A stretch of DNA of 64,000 nucleotides from Amphiscolops sp. MND2022 (Eukaryota), in assembly GCA_964187785.1 (NCBI GenBank), contig OZ076409.1:46874001-46938000 (forward strand), written 5' to 3'. The notes beneath the pieces are model-generated. The model saw nothing but the letters and a program-made list of their open reading frames with translations. It was not told where the DNA came from and searched no databases. Numbering within the stretch: position 1 is the stretch's first letter; each line of letters opens with the position of its first letter. Shown piece by piece: positions 25,556 through 39,612 of this stretch. Made by a program: the position numbers and the translations under genes.

Positions 25556-27332
25556 AAAATGAGTTGGTTGCGATCTCTCGAGTACAGTTCAGATTGCAAA
25601 ATCTGTCTGATGTTGTTCTGAATGGTTGACAAGCGACCGGATGAAACTTAGAAAACTTGTGGACAAATGTTTAAATTGACAAATTTGCGTGTACCGTTTT
25701 TTACGGATCACATAGTAAGAGATGAATGAGTAACTGCTCCAAAATTTCAATATTTGGCAACTCCCTTCAAAAATACAGCGCCTAAAAGAAGCAGAAGAAT
25801 GTTTTTCATCTGTTCATATCAGATATTTTCATATGTGCACAAGGCAAACCACTTTATCTTGCAAGTCATTAAAATTGAATTCGATGAGTGGCGTCAAGAA
25901 TTGGAAGAAGCTCATTTGAAATTTTAGGACAAATGGTATATTTTTGTAAAAATCGGATTTTACCTCCAGTTTAATTGTTTTGCATGGAATTCATCCAGCC
26001 GATAAGCATATGCGAATCGGTTCAGTTACTGTCCGCATAGCCTCCGCGAGGTTAATGGTAAACAAATCATGAACGAAGGCGAAAAATACCAAAAATTGAC
26101 TATTAGTAGATCACGACAGGTCAACGGCATCGAACATGAACGCGCGCTGCTGGTTCAACTTCCCTATTCTGTTAACTTGCACCGTAAAATTTGATGCAAT
26201 TTAAATTGCTTCAAAAATAATCAACTTCTGGAAAGAATGAAAAGTTGCTCAGCGGGGATGGGGGCATGCTTTTCTCTATCTGAGTTGGTCTGCATACGCC
26301 TTGGCGTGAAGAAAAGAAGGAATTTTTAATCGAGTCTTTTCTTCCACAATTTATCATTGCCATTCACTGGGGTCGTTCTAGCGCAACCGCGGAAAAAATA
26401 CTTGGAAAAGGGAAAGTTAAATTAGAAAGCACGCGCCGAGAGAAAAAGCTGAATAAAAACCACGTTGGACATCTAACCAATGGTTTCGAGCCGGCTTAAA
26501 CTTCCGTACTTGCAACAATAAAATACACTACTGGCACTCTTAACGCGAGTTCTCTATATTTCATACTATTTCTTTCGTTTTGTGCAAAAATGTCACTGAA
26601 TGACTCCTGACTTTAAGATACATTAAAAAAACGAACATTTCATTCCTCATCACTGAGATTAGTTCTACATTACCATAACAACGCCTCTTTGATCTTCATC
26701 GATAATAACGTCATTTTAAAATCAGAATGAAAAATAAAGATTGCTGCACTAAAACCCAACTGCTTTATCAAGCTGTGCTCTAACGTTGTAAAACGAGCAT
26801 ACTTTTTAGTAGGCGTTTTATTGAAAATAAAACGCGACTATCACAGTGGCTTTTCGTCAGTTTTTTTTATTTTTCAATGCACACGTACTGACCAAAATAG
26901 TTCTACAAAATCTGAAAATCTTTTGAATTGTACCATTTGGCCCAGCACGCTATACCCTAACTTTTGACGTTATATCCGAAGTAAATTGCGCTCTACCAAG
27001 GATGAGAATAAGTAAAAAAATGGGCTCATTCATGTTTTGTGACTCCTAAATATGGAGCAAAACTACTCCCCAGAAAATGACTGAAGAACTCCCTTTCGAT
27101 GATGAGGGAAAAGCTAGTTGTTCTATCAACGTTGAGCTTTGCAGCTAAAACATCCAAAGGAAACAAAAACTGACAAAATTCAGTTTCTTCTTTCAAGGGG
27201 CTATTCCATTCCAAAACACGACAGCTGAGACGCTACTCCAAGAACGCTTGAAATCGCTAACACCAAACTCCGTCACAGACTTGAGATACAATATCGGATA
27301 ATATTTCGCAAGGAAGAAAACACGGAATAGAA

Positions 27333-28653
27333 AAAAACATCCTCCGGAAAATGGCTACCGGCATCACTTAGGCGTTTATCTGGACCAGAATTTAAAATTT
27401 CAAGATGAAGTGAAAAACATCCTCCGGAAAATGGCTACCGGCATCAAAACACTTTATGCGATACGTGATATTTTTCCAATTGCGACACGTTTATTATTAC
27501 TCAATGCCTTAGTTCTTAGTCAACTACATTATCCTGCTATCTTACTAACTGGTATCAGTGAAAACTTGATTACAACTCTCGAAAAACAGTTGAATTGGGG
27601 AATCAAAGCCTGTTTCAATAGATCTAAGTTTGACCATTCAACAAATCTCGAAACACGACATAAAATCCTTCCTGTCCGATATTTCTAGTCGGCGCTTTTC
27701 GAAGAAAAACGCAGACTATAGTAGTGACTTTTTTTAAGACCAACGAACTGACAGATTTTATAAATTTTATAAGAAAGCACTAACACTGCTGTCTGGCACT
27801 AACACTAAACCACACTGGCATAGAGGTTACGGCTTTTTGAGGTCTGCCAAGCGGAAGGACATGGGTTCGAGTCCCGCCCTTGACCAATTTTTTTGTGTAG
27901 ATTTTTTCGGCTTTGTGAGACTTTTTTGCAATTTTTTTAATGTCTCCGAAGGGTCCACCCTTCATTTTTTTCCTATTTTGCAAAAGAATGGATGTTGAAA
28001 AACAGCCAAAGGGCCCCTTTCACATTTTTCGGTACAATGCGACTTACCAGAAACTTCAAAAAATTCAAAAAATTTTGGAAATTTTTTTGGGTACTGTAGA
28101 GGAGAGTACTTGACACTTTGAAGTCCTTTTGTTATTTTTGAGCCTCAGATATGGCGACGACTTGGGCCGTTCCCGGCTTGTTTAGATTATAAATGCCTTT
28201 CATACCTTTGGAAATATAAAAATAACCTGATTCCAGCTTTTAATAACAAACTACAGTTGCCGACTGCAAAGATAATGATACATAAAAGAACACAAACTGA
28301 ATACTCAGATATGACAATAAGATCTGATTTCTTCGCAACTGTTTCTTTAAAAGAACATTACCCTTGTGGAACACTCTACCGAGAAATAGGATAAAGGAGA
28401 AAATCTCATACGAAATCATGAAAAAAAAGAATCAAATCTTTTCTTTTCAAAAGATACGAAAATGATATAGACCGACCACAATATGGAATAAAATGTTGAA
28501 GTGTTTACCGTTTTACATAATTTATCCGTATTATCACCCCCTTTTACATATCTCCAATTACGCTTTTTAACACTTATATTGTATATATACACTGCCTCTT
28601 GAAATGGAATGGCATTTTAAAAACTATTTCAAGTTGGAAATACAGTGTTTTTT
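27333..28653 (+). mobile_element. 3' fragment of a CR1/L2-type LINE (reverse-transcriptase C-terminus and 3' flank), split by a HINE-like insertion
   Basis: LGVYLDQNLKFQDEVKNILRKMATGIKTLY..LHYPAILL..LEKQLNWGIKACF, homologous to 14869-15635; frame resumes LDYKCLSYLWKYK after 28181, later WNTLP. Confidence 0.85.
27686..28181 (+). mobile_element. HINE-like element inserted at a TT site with no TSD
   Basis: TAGTCGGCGC ... GCGACGACTTGGGCCGTTCCCGGCTTGT; removing it restores tat ttc|tta gat (Y F L D). Confidence 0.9.
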
Positions 28654-29309
28654 ACCTTGTAAGCCAACAAAAGCTTCATAAACTGTTCTTTAGAGTCGTT
28701 TCACGTTGGTAAGAAATGAAGGCAACCCCAACGGTTTTTGATAGAGGACATAGATTTTGAGCTGAGTCGGTAGCTACAGAACTAACGCGAACTGTCGGAC
28801 ATGCTTATTAGTTTCATAAGCAAATGATACTCTTAGCATAGGATGGCCCCCTTCTCTAAGTAAAGCTATTAAACGTTACCCAAAAACGAAACGCATCAGC
28901 GAAAAACATTTCAAGGATAAAACACACAGTGCAAAAAAATGTCAGAAATCAGTAATTATGTTGTCTTCTGCGAGAGCCTGAAAAGCACGCATTGTATCAA
29001 ATTTAGCTTAAAGCATTTAAAAAAGTTAAAATTTCACTGGATCGTGATTGCTCAACAAAAACTCTATTTTGTACAAAAAAAACGTTAGAAGTCTAGTGGT
29101 TGTAGAAGTATCAATGAAGTTTAAAGTGGATCGCAATGCAGTCCATAAATTCGTTACACAGTTTTGGTTGAGAGCAAAAAAATCGACTTTCGAAAACGCA
29201 AATACACTAGAACTGAAGGCAATTTTTCCAAACATCATACGCTATATTCGAAACTTAACGCTCTGGCACAACGTGAAAAAAAGCCGAGCGTAACATTCGA
29301 GAATATTAA

Positions 29310-29649
29310 ACAAGCCGGGACCGGCCCAAGTCGGCGCCATATCTAAGGCTCAAAAATAGCAAAAGGACTTCAAAGTGTCAAGTATTCTCTTCTACAGTAC
29401 CCGCATGAGGAAAAAATTGAAAAAAAAATCGATTTTTTGGTCCCCCCGGTAAGTCGCAAAGTGCCGAAAAATGTAGAAGGGGACCTCAAAAAAGCCTAAT
29501 TAACCTCTATCCCAAGTGCCAGTAGACGTAGCGTGGCATTTAGTGTTAGTTCAAGTCAGCTTATAAAGCTTATAAAATCTGTCACTTCGTTGGTCTTGAA
29601 AAAAAAGTCACTACTATAGTCTGCGTTTTTCTACGAAAAGCGCCGACTA
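29310..29649 (-). mobile_element. HINE-like element, short variant
   Basis: ACAAGCCGGGACCGGCCCAAGTCGGCGC ... GCGCCGACTAAAAA. Confidence 0.8.
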
Positions 29650-30426
29650 AAAATCTATTCAGCAATAGAAAGTTTGAGTTGGTTGGATTCGAACCCCCAT
29701 GTTTTGCTTGGCCCGGTGTAACAAATCTAGAAAATGAGGTTTCGCATTCGCAGCTCTCAACGTACGAATATCCAACACTCAATCGCTTTATCTCAAAAAA
29801 GCGCTCCCTCGCTGCTACGAGAATTAGGCTGACTAGAGACTGTCACGCTGCCTCACTGATACCAGTATTGACGACAATAGAACTCGAACAAGACGCCCGC
29901 TAAGCACCGGGATAGTTTCCGCTAATAATATAGTTACAAGTAAAATAATCAATTAACTAAGTGAAGTACATTGAATGGAGATAAAGTGAAGTTTTGGCAG
30001 AATTTGGCAAAAAACGCATCACACATTCAAAATCTTGTACCATAGTTCGAAAATTTCCAACGTATTATTTTCACAGGCAAAATTCGCGCAATTTGAGAAA
30101 ATATTGCCACGTTGTTTGTTTTTCATCTTCCTCCAAACTGTCAATGCCCTTAGTTGCCCCAGTGATTTCTTTAAGTTAACTATTTGCAGAAGCGCTTTTA
30201 TTTAAATAAGCACTTTTAGGCTCCAATTAATTATTTACCCAGTTATTAAAATTAATTTTGGACTTATGGCACTCGATTGCTTTTGGAGCAATGAATATTC
30301 GGAGCTATGGGAAGTCACCTGCTCATTTAGCACTACACACTTTCATTCACCTATTCAAGCTGTACTTACTGCAACGAAAAAATGTGCGAGATTATTGTTA
30401 CCCTATTTGGATTAGTTATTCATTTA

Positions 30427-31102
30427 CAGTGGTGTGAAGAAAGAATGCGACTTGGATGCTCAGAATGCAAACAGTTCTCTAATCTGATTGGTTCACAAAG
30501 CCTCGCTGCTCAAATCTCATTGGTTTAACGAGCCTCGATCGCTCGCAAAAATCAGTGTTTTAAATATCTTACCGTCTTTCGGGGATAATTTTTACATGAA
30601 AATTATACCAAAAATTTTCTCTGATTTATCTCAATCCCATGATAGTTTTTGTTTGTGGAAATCACCAAGGAAACAAAAATGGGAGCACTTTTTCGTTCAG
30701 TAAAATCGGAAATACATGTATTAAGATAGGAATTTCAGACTTACACTTGGTATAACTCCCACCAATATACATTTTCCAAATATATCCAAAATCAAATTTC
30801 ATCTTCGTTTTTGAGAGATTTGAGTGAATATGCAAGGCAAAATTTATCAAAAAATATTTATTGGATCACTGATATTTTCTCGAAAATTAGCCATTTTAAA
30901 TATTTTCCTCCCAAAATCACACGTTTCTAACTTCGGAAACAATGATGGTTGAAATTTCAAACAAAAACCATTGTATTTATAGCAAAAATTCAAGAAACTT
31001 TTGTTTTTACCAAATTGAACCATTTCCAATAGTTTTGGAGATATGAGACTGCAAAATTACACCTTTTGAGCAACTAAGTCGCATTCTTTCTTCACACCAC
31101 TG
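30427..31102. mobile_element. Tc1/mariner-type MITE
   Basis: Perfect TIR CAGTGGTGTGAAGAAAGAATGCGACTT at both ends, TA flanks, no transposase ORF. Confidence 0.92.
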
Positions 31103-31891
31103 TATATCAGTTGCATGCAAGTATACTTTCCAGGTGACATTTGAATATACATGTTTTACGATCAGTTTTGACAACACCACATTTCGTTACAAGACGCCTG
31201 CTAAACACCGGATGCACAACCAACTGCGTAGATCAAACAGCAACTAATATAAAGATCATGGAGATTTGGCAGAATTTGGAAAAAAAACGCAACACAGATT
31301 ATAATTTTCCTCCCCTACACAATAAATTGTGGGGGCGTAAAATAACGAAAGACTATACTGTGGTTATTCATAATCTCAGAAACGAGCAAAAATTAAAAAT
31401 TATTCGCAATGAATTACTTAAATGTTGAAGAAAAAAGTTGAATTCAACTATTCCACGTGGTGGGATATTCCCCAATTTCGGTTTTTATGTCAGTGCCCAT
31501 TTCGGGAAAATCTCTCCACTGCGAGCTACGGTATTATATTTGCAACCAATCGGTCACGACATTGTCGGCTCAAAGTTGTGATTTCGAAATGACTTTCTTG
31601 ATGTCACAGAGGTCTGAATGCTGAACGGTGCTCGTTCCAGTTTTGTTTTATCCGCCAAAATAGCTTTCCCATAACCGTACCATGAAAGCAAGAGCAAGAG
31701 ATGAAGAACCTGTTCAAAACTCAACAAAATTGCCCACTTACAGGTAGCCCGCGAATTCAATAAACCTTGAAAATGCCAAATAACACCCTTCGGGCTCCAG
31801 AGCGTTTTCCCTGACTGAAAATAAGCAAACAAAAAAGTTCTCAGAGTTCCGAAAAAACGGTAAGGTGGAAACTTTGGGCTTAAAAGAACCT

Positions 31892-32939
31892 TTTCCCACC
31901 TCAAAAAGTAAAAAAAAAACAGGAAGGACCTTTTGAGGAAATGAAAAATTTCAGTGTCAAGGAACCTTTGAAAAATGCTCATTCTGATAGTGCCAAAAAA
32001 CAAAAGGGAGACCCTTTGAGTGGGCTTGAAACCACTTCGTGCTTTTTCCGCATTTACCAGAAATACAAAACCAAAGCTTTTTTCTTCTATCACCAGAAAC
32101 ATCAAAGAACCAAGCGAGAACCCTTTTCTGAAGTTGGAAATCTCCCAAAAGGTTACACAATGTCGAAAAACGCTAAGGAACCCTGTGGGCTTTAAAATTT
32201 TCATTTAAAAAATCAAAGGGAGGACCATCTTAGAAAATAGGCCCCTCCGGGGCACACTATTATTTCTGCTTCAATCTTTCGTTCACAATAGAATCATATC
32301 TGGAACACCAATACACTCCTGTTTAATTATTATTTAACGCAAAATTAATCACTGTAGCAGTTTATACCGCTTTTAAATCTCGGACTAAAGCAAATATAAC
32401 TACTGCGCGTAGACGAAGTTTCGCATTCGCATTTCAATGCAGGCTAAGCTTTCGGCGCACGAAAGCATAATTACCACTCGCTCGTTCCATTGCACGAGAG
32501 TTGAATTGTCGTCGGCAGCTTGAGAAATTTAATTCTCACGCTTATAGTCACTGCAGAACAAAATATCTGAATTATTCAGTATCATGCGAAGAATTTTACT
32601 GAAAAAAAAGTTTAGAGCTTGAGGTTTCAATAATATTCCTGCTATCGCAGAAATAATAAAAATTGAAATTTTGTCATAAAAAAAGTCGCACGGTGCCCAA
32701 ACTCCCAAAGAGGGCCGCTTTTGGGCTTAGTTCAGTTTGCCAAGCTAAATGGTACATTTCAAGAATGTAAAATTTTGTAGAACTATCATGTCAGTTTGTA
32801 TGGATTGAAAAAAACACTAATAATCGCATTTAATTTTCAAAAAGGAGCCGACTAAAAAACCCGAAATATATTCAAATAATTGTCAAAATTTGAAAGGGAG
32901 GATTGCAACGAACAATTTGCCATTTTGTAGGAAGTTTCG
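31892..32939 (+). repeat. ~1.05-kb direct repeat, copy 1
   Basis: Near-identical to 38561-39612. Confidence 0.95.
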
Positions 32940-35900
32940 AAAAAATTTGGCATTCGGCAGGAAGTAGTCATTTCAACCGGACTAAAGTGAAGCGCCGACT
33001 AAAAATCCTGGAATGAATTCTTGCATGCACTCTATTTCGCCAGTCTCAACATGTTACAAACTCTAAAAGAAACTAAACTTCAAAGTATACAAAGTCCAAA
33101 AAATTCAAGGTGTGACTTCACGAGAGTAAAGATTATGTGCTTTCAAGTTAGCTCCAGGGTTCATGTCGCGGTTAGAAACCAAAACGTTTGATATCTGGTA
33201 TCTTACGATAAATAGTTGATCACTGACAAACATGGCCTATAATAAGGTTGCAACTGGGCGTTTCCAGCTCAATCAAACAGGATTCAGTCGATGAACTAGT
33301 AACGTCAGAGGTTTCCTTAATGTTGGAACTTCGTCGAGCAAAGAAAGCAGCTCTTCATAAAAATGAAGTAAGTTGGGTGCTTATCTATTCCGAAAAGCAC
33401 TAAACTTCTAGTCCTTTCTCAAATTGAAACAAAATTGGAACAAAACATGCAATTTCCAATGTATGTTTTCAGAGAAGGGCTCTCCTAGAACCTCTCAAAG
33501 ATTGATCGATTTATTGACCTGCCAAAAAATGACATCTATTCATCTAGCGGTTCATTTCAATGGCAATTAATGATATGTGTAGAACTGAGTTTTCAATAGT
33601 TTCGGGATATTTCATAATTTGTAAAAGCCAAGTTTAAATATTGAAGTTGATTCTAGAAGAAGGCATCATTTGGTATTTGAAATGTACTCAAGAAACACAA
33701 TGGCATTATTACCGGAAAAGGTGCTGCTGCGAGTTCAAAATGTATCATCGGAAATAAATAGCAAATAAAGAGCTAACGGAATAGAAAAAGTACTTCATTA
33801 TAAGGCATTATTGACTTGATTTCAAACATTCGTAGACAAATTTGTATCCCTTATTCGTGAGAGTAAGAAACAACACTATGCAAACGTCACTTCAAGAACA
33901 TTCCAAGAACAATACGATATTACAAAGCCGCTGCTATTTTGAGAACCGAATCGGGAAACTTTACGACAGATCGAAGAAAAGTCTATTCGAGAGCATTGAA
34001 AATCTTCAAGAAAACATGATTTGTGGCAATCTGAACCATTTTAGAGAACAGCTGCGATGGAGAACTCTGTCAAGGCAAATAACCCGACAGTGAGTAATTA
34101 GAAATAATAACAAAGAAAGCGAGCTAATGATGCTTTCGATTCATTACCAGATTCATTACAGCAGTGACCCGTCTAAACAGACCAGGTCGATGTTCTAATT
34201 CGGTCACTCAATAGAGCAAACAGTCCATTTGGAATTTGCTCGACAAAAACCATTTGCGCCCTTCTAACTTGGATAACCAAAACATCCACGGTCACTAAAA
34301 AGTATTGATTCTTGATTCACAGTAATTGAAACGTTTCCATATACGGCTTTGAAACAATACACCTCGTGTATTCTCGGTTGAACCTTCGAGCGCTATGTAG
34401 CTATAAAACGCTATGAAAGAGATTTAGATGTTTGAGATGATTTTGTATAAAGCGAGAATTGAAAAACTAGTTATTTTCTGCTTCGAATAATTACATCATT
34501 AAATATAAAAGAGCAAGAGTATATATTACATTATCATCATTGACATTATTAAAGCGTTGGACGATGGATCCTTCTTTGAAAAGATAGTAAAAATTTATTC
34601 CAAAAATACAAATATTCTGATACAAAATCAATAATGTCACAAAAAAGTTTCCATATTGATCAATTATGGGATCCAAGGTCACGCAAAAGATGAATGCAAA
34701 CGTTATTTGAATGCACAACTCAATGAAGACTTCGACAGATATTCTGTTCAGGTAGAAGTGCAGTATCTATTTTAGCTTTTAAATTATCTCAGGGCGCAAA
34801 AACTTCATACGCGTTTTTGGAAGGAAAAATTCCCGGCTGAAAACCGAAATGTATCCATTAAATTGTTTACGGTAAGATGATGCCTAGCTGTCGCATACAA
34901 TAAGCAAAAAGTAAAGAACTAGGCAGTTTGAACTGCTGACTCCTTAAAGGTCAGGCAATTCGTAACTTTTGAAGATTAATTTACAGCACGAATGCAGTTT
35001 CTTCAAAATCATGTGGAAATAATACTATTTCATTCCAATCCTTTCCAAACAAATTTTTTACAACTTTAAATTGACGCCACCTGAACAGAAAGAAAGGTGA
35101 ATTAAGCTGTGTGTGCTGCAATACATGTACATGGGAAGAGTTTTATACATGGAGATGCTATCACTGTGCGAAGCATGTTGATGCAGTAGCCCAGCCAATG
35201 CTTTTGTATAAGCTACTTTTAGAGGTGCTAGATAAATCAGGTGACCAATACTAAAGCCGAAAACGTAACAGATTTTGATGATGTCATTGGCTTGTTGAAA
35301 TAAAAACTTGTCTAACTTCAAATTCGTACTCAATATTAGTCAACATATTCAACGAGCACCAACCCATGTGCAACAATGAAATTGGATCATCTACAATACC
35401 TCTTAATGGAGAGGCAACTGCGACAGTAGATCTACATATATCTGGCTTACCCAATCGGGCAACAAAGCACCCTTTGTGATGTTCATAACATTATTATACT
35501 ATATTCATCTTCAAAATGCAATCCTATATTTGAAGCTATTGCGTTTCATGGACTTCAGACCAAACAAGCGACACTTCATTTTAGGTTTTGTTCCCAAAGC
35601 CTCCAACCGGTCTAGTCAAGGGTGCTTTGTTCAACAGGTTAACTCAAAAACAAACATCATCAATCAGTTCCATTTCCATCTGAATAGTTCGATTCTTCAA
35701 TCAAACTCAAGAACGAAATTACAAACTATTCATTCATATATACAATCCACAGCAAAAACTGCTAAAAGTAGTAAATCAAATGTCAAACCCGATTCCGCAA
35801 AAAGTAGCCAAATTTCTGAATAGTGTTCATACAGTAGACAAATCTATATCAATTGGAAGATATCTGAATGCCATAAAGACTTGAATTCCTGCTACCATTC

Positions 35901-37177
35901 AAAGGACGAATAGCGACTCTATCGATTTCTAACAAGCTGTATGTTATTCAACCGATTTCAAGCGCACTTATCTATTGGAGGGAATTTCCTTTCCTATCGA
36001 ATCGATGTTAAAATCGAACTAGGAAGATGGCACTTTTTCATTTTTATTTTCGATCAATGCACAGATTGGAAAGGACAAATGTACATTTAGAGTCAATAAA
36101 TTTCGTTATAGCATCATCACTTGATCAAATAATTTCAGAATGAATAATTTTCGAGCCAATTTGCAACCAATGTAAATGCAACTGCTCAAATCAAAAACTG
36201 GACACAAAATTTATGGTAAAAACAACCTGAGAAGAGACAGTGAAGAAAACAGGTGACTAAAATGCATGCAATTTAGAATAAAGCTCAAGGTCATTAAGCC
36301 AAGCTCAAAAACTTTTATCAAGCTAAGAGGGGAATGCATGCGAATGAAAAATTGATCAATTCGAAAATACATTCGAGCCCAGTTTTTATTTCATCACTTA
36401 GCCAACCCCAAACAATTCCAAGTTTAATTTTTAAAACGCTAAGGTATGGTTAACGAACAAACCGCTACTGAAGACAGTATTTAAATCATCCCATGGGCAA
36501 AATAAATTAATAGAAGACCTTCGTTTGATATTAGTAAGTATTATATCGGAAGTAGAATATCTCACTGGAGAAGTTTGCAAGGATTAATTCCTACTTGTTC
36601 CGCAACGAAATTACCTCGAATTGATATTTTTGTCAGGACTTGAAGCACTTTCAATTTTCTTCATTCGAAATTCAAACGTTCATGTTTTAAGATTTTTTTC
36701 AGATATTCATTTAAACTGACCGATGGTTAATGGCAAAAAAAGCAGTGTTGCTCTACAATGGCTGCAGTTGGAAGAAAGATGTGTTTGGGATTTATGATTA
36801 GGGAAAAGGCATTAGTTTCACAATGGCAAACTATTAGGCATTGAATATGCGAGTTGAGTGGTTAGTAAGTTCATTAAAAAGTGTTGTAGTCTAGAAGGAA
36901 TGGTGAAGTTACCTTGCTCCTCTCAAAGGAACAACACTTTACAGCGGCGATAGCGGGCGGGCAGGCGACAGCAAATCTCGCATTAAGGAAGAATTTAAGT
37001 CTGTTGATATAGGATTCATCGGTAGTAGTTGTCTCGATGGCGGCAGTTGGCAATCACGGTAAGAGTACAATATATCAGTAGTTGAGAACCATAACTAGCC
37101 AACTCCATGCATTCGATGGTGCCAAACGTTGGTTTGGCCTGAACGGGCGGGGTGCTTTGGGAATATGGAGCTCCGTC

Positions 37178-37521
37178 TTAATCGGTGGCAGACGCTGGGT
37201 CGCCAGATGTTGGAGGCTGATCAACAGTGCCGTTCACAGAAGTTGTCACGAAATTGTTGCAATTTCTATCAGACGCTGCTGCCGATGCATCCAATGGCAT
37301 GGCTTGATTAGTGGCAGAAGCCACCCCGGAAGTGACTGCCACGGCCGCTGAATTCGAAATTCGCTGATACCTTTGAGATATGAGATCCAAGGGAATAGAC
37401 GATGTGTACATGGCTCCAACGCCTTCGTCTTCACTCTGCTCGGCCAACGAAGGGTTCTTCTGCTTCATGTACTCCCAGATGAAGTTCCGCTTGGCGAAGC
37501 GCCCCCCTCCCGGTGGTAGTC
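37178..37521 (-). CDS. Last coding exon of a PPM1A/B-type PP2C phosphatase
   Basis: ctatttag acceptor; phase-1 join gives FEG LPPGGGRFAKRNFIWEYMKQKNP..; LPPGGG is characteristic of the PPM1A/B C-terminal domain; TAA at 37178. Confidence 0.85.
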
Positions 37522-37910
37522 CTAAATAGAAGAGCGAACCTTTTCTTTAGCAGGGTGTAAGGTAAAGCAAATGTATTTCGGTATTCCCAATGTTTCATGA
37601 AACCTGAACTTTTGGCAAAGCCCATAGTAAAACAGACATGTGATTCAATTAGCGACCAAAAACAGTTGGTAATCGAATCACTTCAGGATTATTCAGGATA
37701 CCCGCTGCTTGAAATTGTGAGAAGCCATAGAAATTTTAATTGAAACCAGTGTTTTCTGTGAAAATGTTTGAAACTGTGTCAGACAAAAACGAATACAAAC
37801 AAATTGGTTCGCAAAAGCTTTCATGAAAAGGGCAAGACGCTGGGGAGGATTATTTAATAGTTTCTGAATGGACGTTCTTCTCTATTTAGGATAAACGTTA
37901 AAAAAGTTAC

Positions 37911-38393
37911 CTTCGAAATCATTCAGAGCCTGGTGGATTTCGTTAATCGACGTGATGTTTTCTTGGTCCATCAAGTGATCAATACGTGCCTTCAGTCTTT
38001 CATCCAGATCTTTCTCAGCTTCCACCGCTTCTTCGCACACTGTGGGCGCAGCAGGGAAAGTAATGAGGATGATACTCATGTTGTCTCTGCTTCCTTTATG
38101 CAAACATGTGTCAATGACATCATTACAAATTTGTTCTAAGTTGTTTGTAATCTTCAGCCTGCTGCTCACGAAAGCACACAAGTCCTCGTTCGACAACTCA
38201 TCCCAAATTCCATCACAAGCCACCACGATGTACTCGTCTGCGTTTTCATCCCTATCAAGAACGGTCACTTCCGGCTCTGGTGAGACCAGCTGCTGGATTG
38301 CATCCACTTGAGAATTGTCCTTGTACTCAAAATCACCCAGAGCACGCGACACGGCAAGACTACCATTCACTCGCATCATTATCACGCTGCCGC
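37911..38393 (-). CDS. Internal exon of protein phosphatase 2C (PPM1A/B-like): end of catalytic domain and start of C-terminal domain
   Basis: GGSVIMMRVNGSLAVSRALGDFEYK..QLVSPEPEV..ACDGIWD..HKGSRDNMSIIL; aatttag acceptor and gtaact donor. Confidence 0.96.
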
Positions 38394-38560
38394 CTAAATT
38401 ATAATTTTTGCTTCAACTTAAAGTTCAAAAAGAGGCGAAGGCATGCTTCGGTTAAACGTGCGCAAGGATCACGGATTACTCGGAGCATCCAAAACTAAAC
38501 ATCGTCAATTCAGAACTTTTAGATGATGACCATATATAGTTCTGCAAGCGTCCAAGAACG

Positions 38561-39612
38561 TTTCCCACCTCAAAAAGTAAAAAAAAACAGGAAGGACCTT
38601 TTGAGGAAATGAAAAACTTCAGTGTCAAGGAACCTTTGAAAAATGCTCATTCTGATAGTGCCAAAAAACAAAAGGGAGACCCTTTGAGTGGGCTTGAAAC
38701 CACTTCGTGCTTTTTCCGCATTTACCAGAAATACAAAAACCAAAGCTTTTTTCTTCTATCACCAGAAACATCAAAGAACCAAGCGAGAACCCTTTTCTGA
38801 AGTTGGAAATCTCCCAAAAGGTTACACAATGTCGAAAAACGCTAAGGAACCCTGTGGGCTTTAAAATTTTCATTTAAAAAATCAAAGGGAGGACCATCTT
38901 AGAAAATAGGCCCCTCCGGGGCACACTATTATTTCTGCTTCAATCTTTCGTTCACAATAGAATCATATCTGGAACACCAATACACTCCTGTTTAATTATT
39001 ATTTAACGCAAAATTAATCACTGTAGCAGTTTATACCGCTTTTAAATCTCAGACTAAAGCAAATATAACTACTGCGCGTAGACGAAGTTTCGCATTCGCA
39101 TTTCAATGCAGGCTAAGCTTTCGGCGCACGAAAGCATAATTACCACTCGCTCGTTCCATTGCACGAGAGTTGAATTGTCGTCGGAAGCTTGAGAAATTTA
39201 ATTCTCACGCTTATAGTCACTGCAGAACAAAATATCTGAATTATTCAGTATCATGCGAAGAATTTTACTGAAAAAAAAGTTTAGAGCTTGAGGTTTCAAT
39301 AATATTCCTGCTATCGCAGAAATAATAAAAATTGAAATTTTGTCGGAAAAAAAGTCGCACGGTGCCCAAACTCCCAAAGAGGGCCGCTTTTGGGCTTAGT
39401 TCAGTTTGCCAAGCTAAATGGTATATTTCAAGAATGTAAAATTTTGTAGAACGATCTTGTCAGTTTGTATGCATTGAAAAAAAACCACTGTAATATTCGC
39501 ATTTAATTTTCAAATAAGAGCCGACTAAAAAACCCGAAATATATTCAAATAATTGTCAAAATTTGAAAGGGAGGATTGCAACGAACAATTTGCCATTTTG
39601 TAGGAAGTTTCG
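38561..39612 (+). repeat. ~1.05-kb direct repeat, copy 2
   Basis: Near-identical to 31892-32939. Confidence 0.95.

Noticed and set aside
31554..32204. 216-aa ORF as a host gene
   Set aside because: Phe/Leu-rich reading of repeat DNA; frameshifted in the duplicate at 38625-38873.
33000..37170. Short ORFs downstream of PP2C
   Set aside because: No motifs or coherent splice pattern; more consistent with a long 3' UTR or intergenic DNA.
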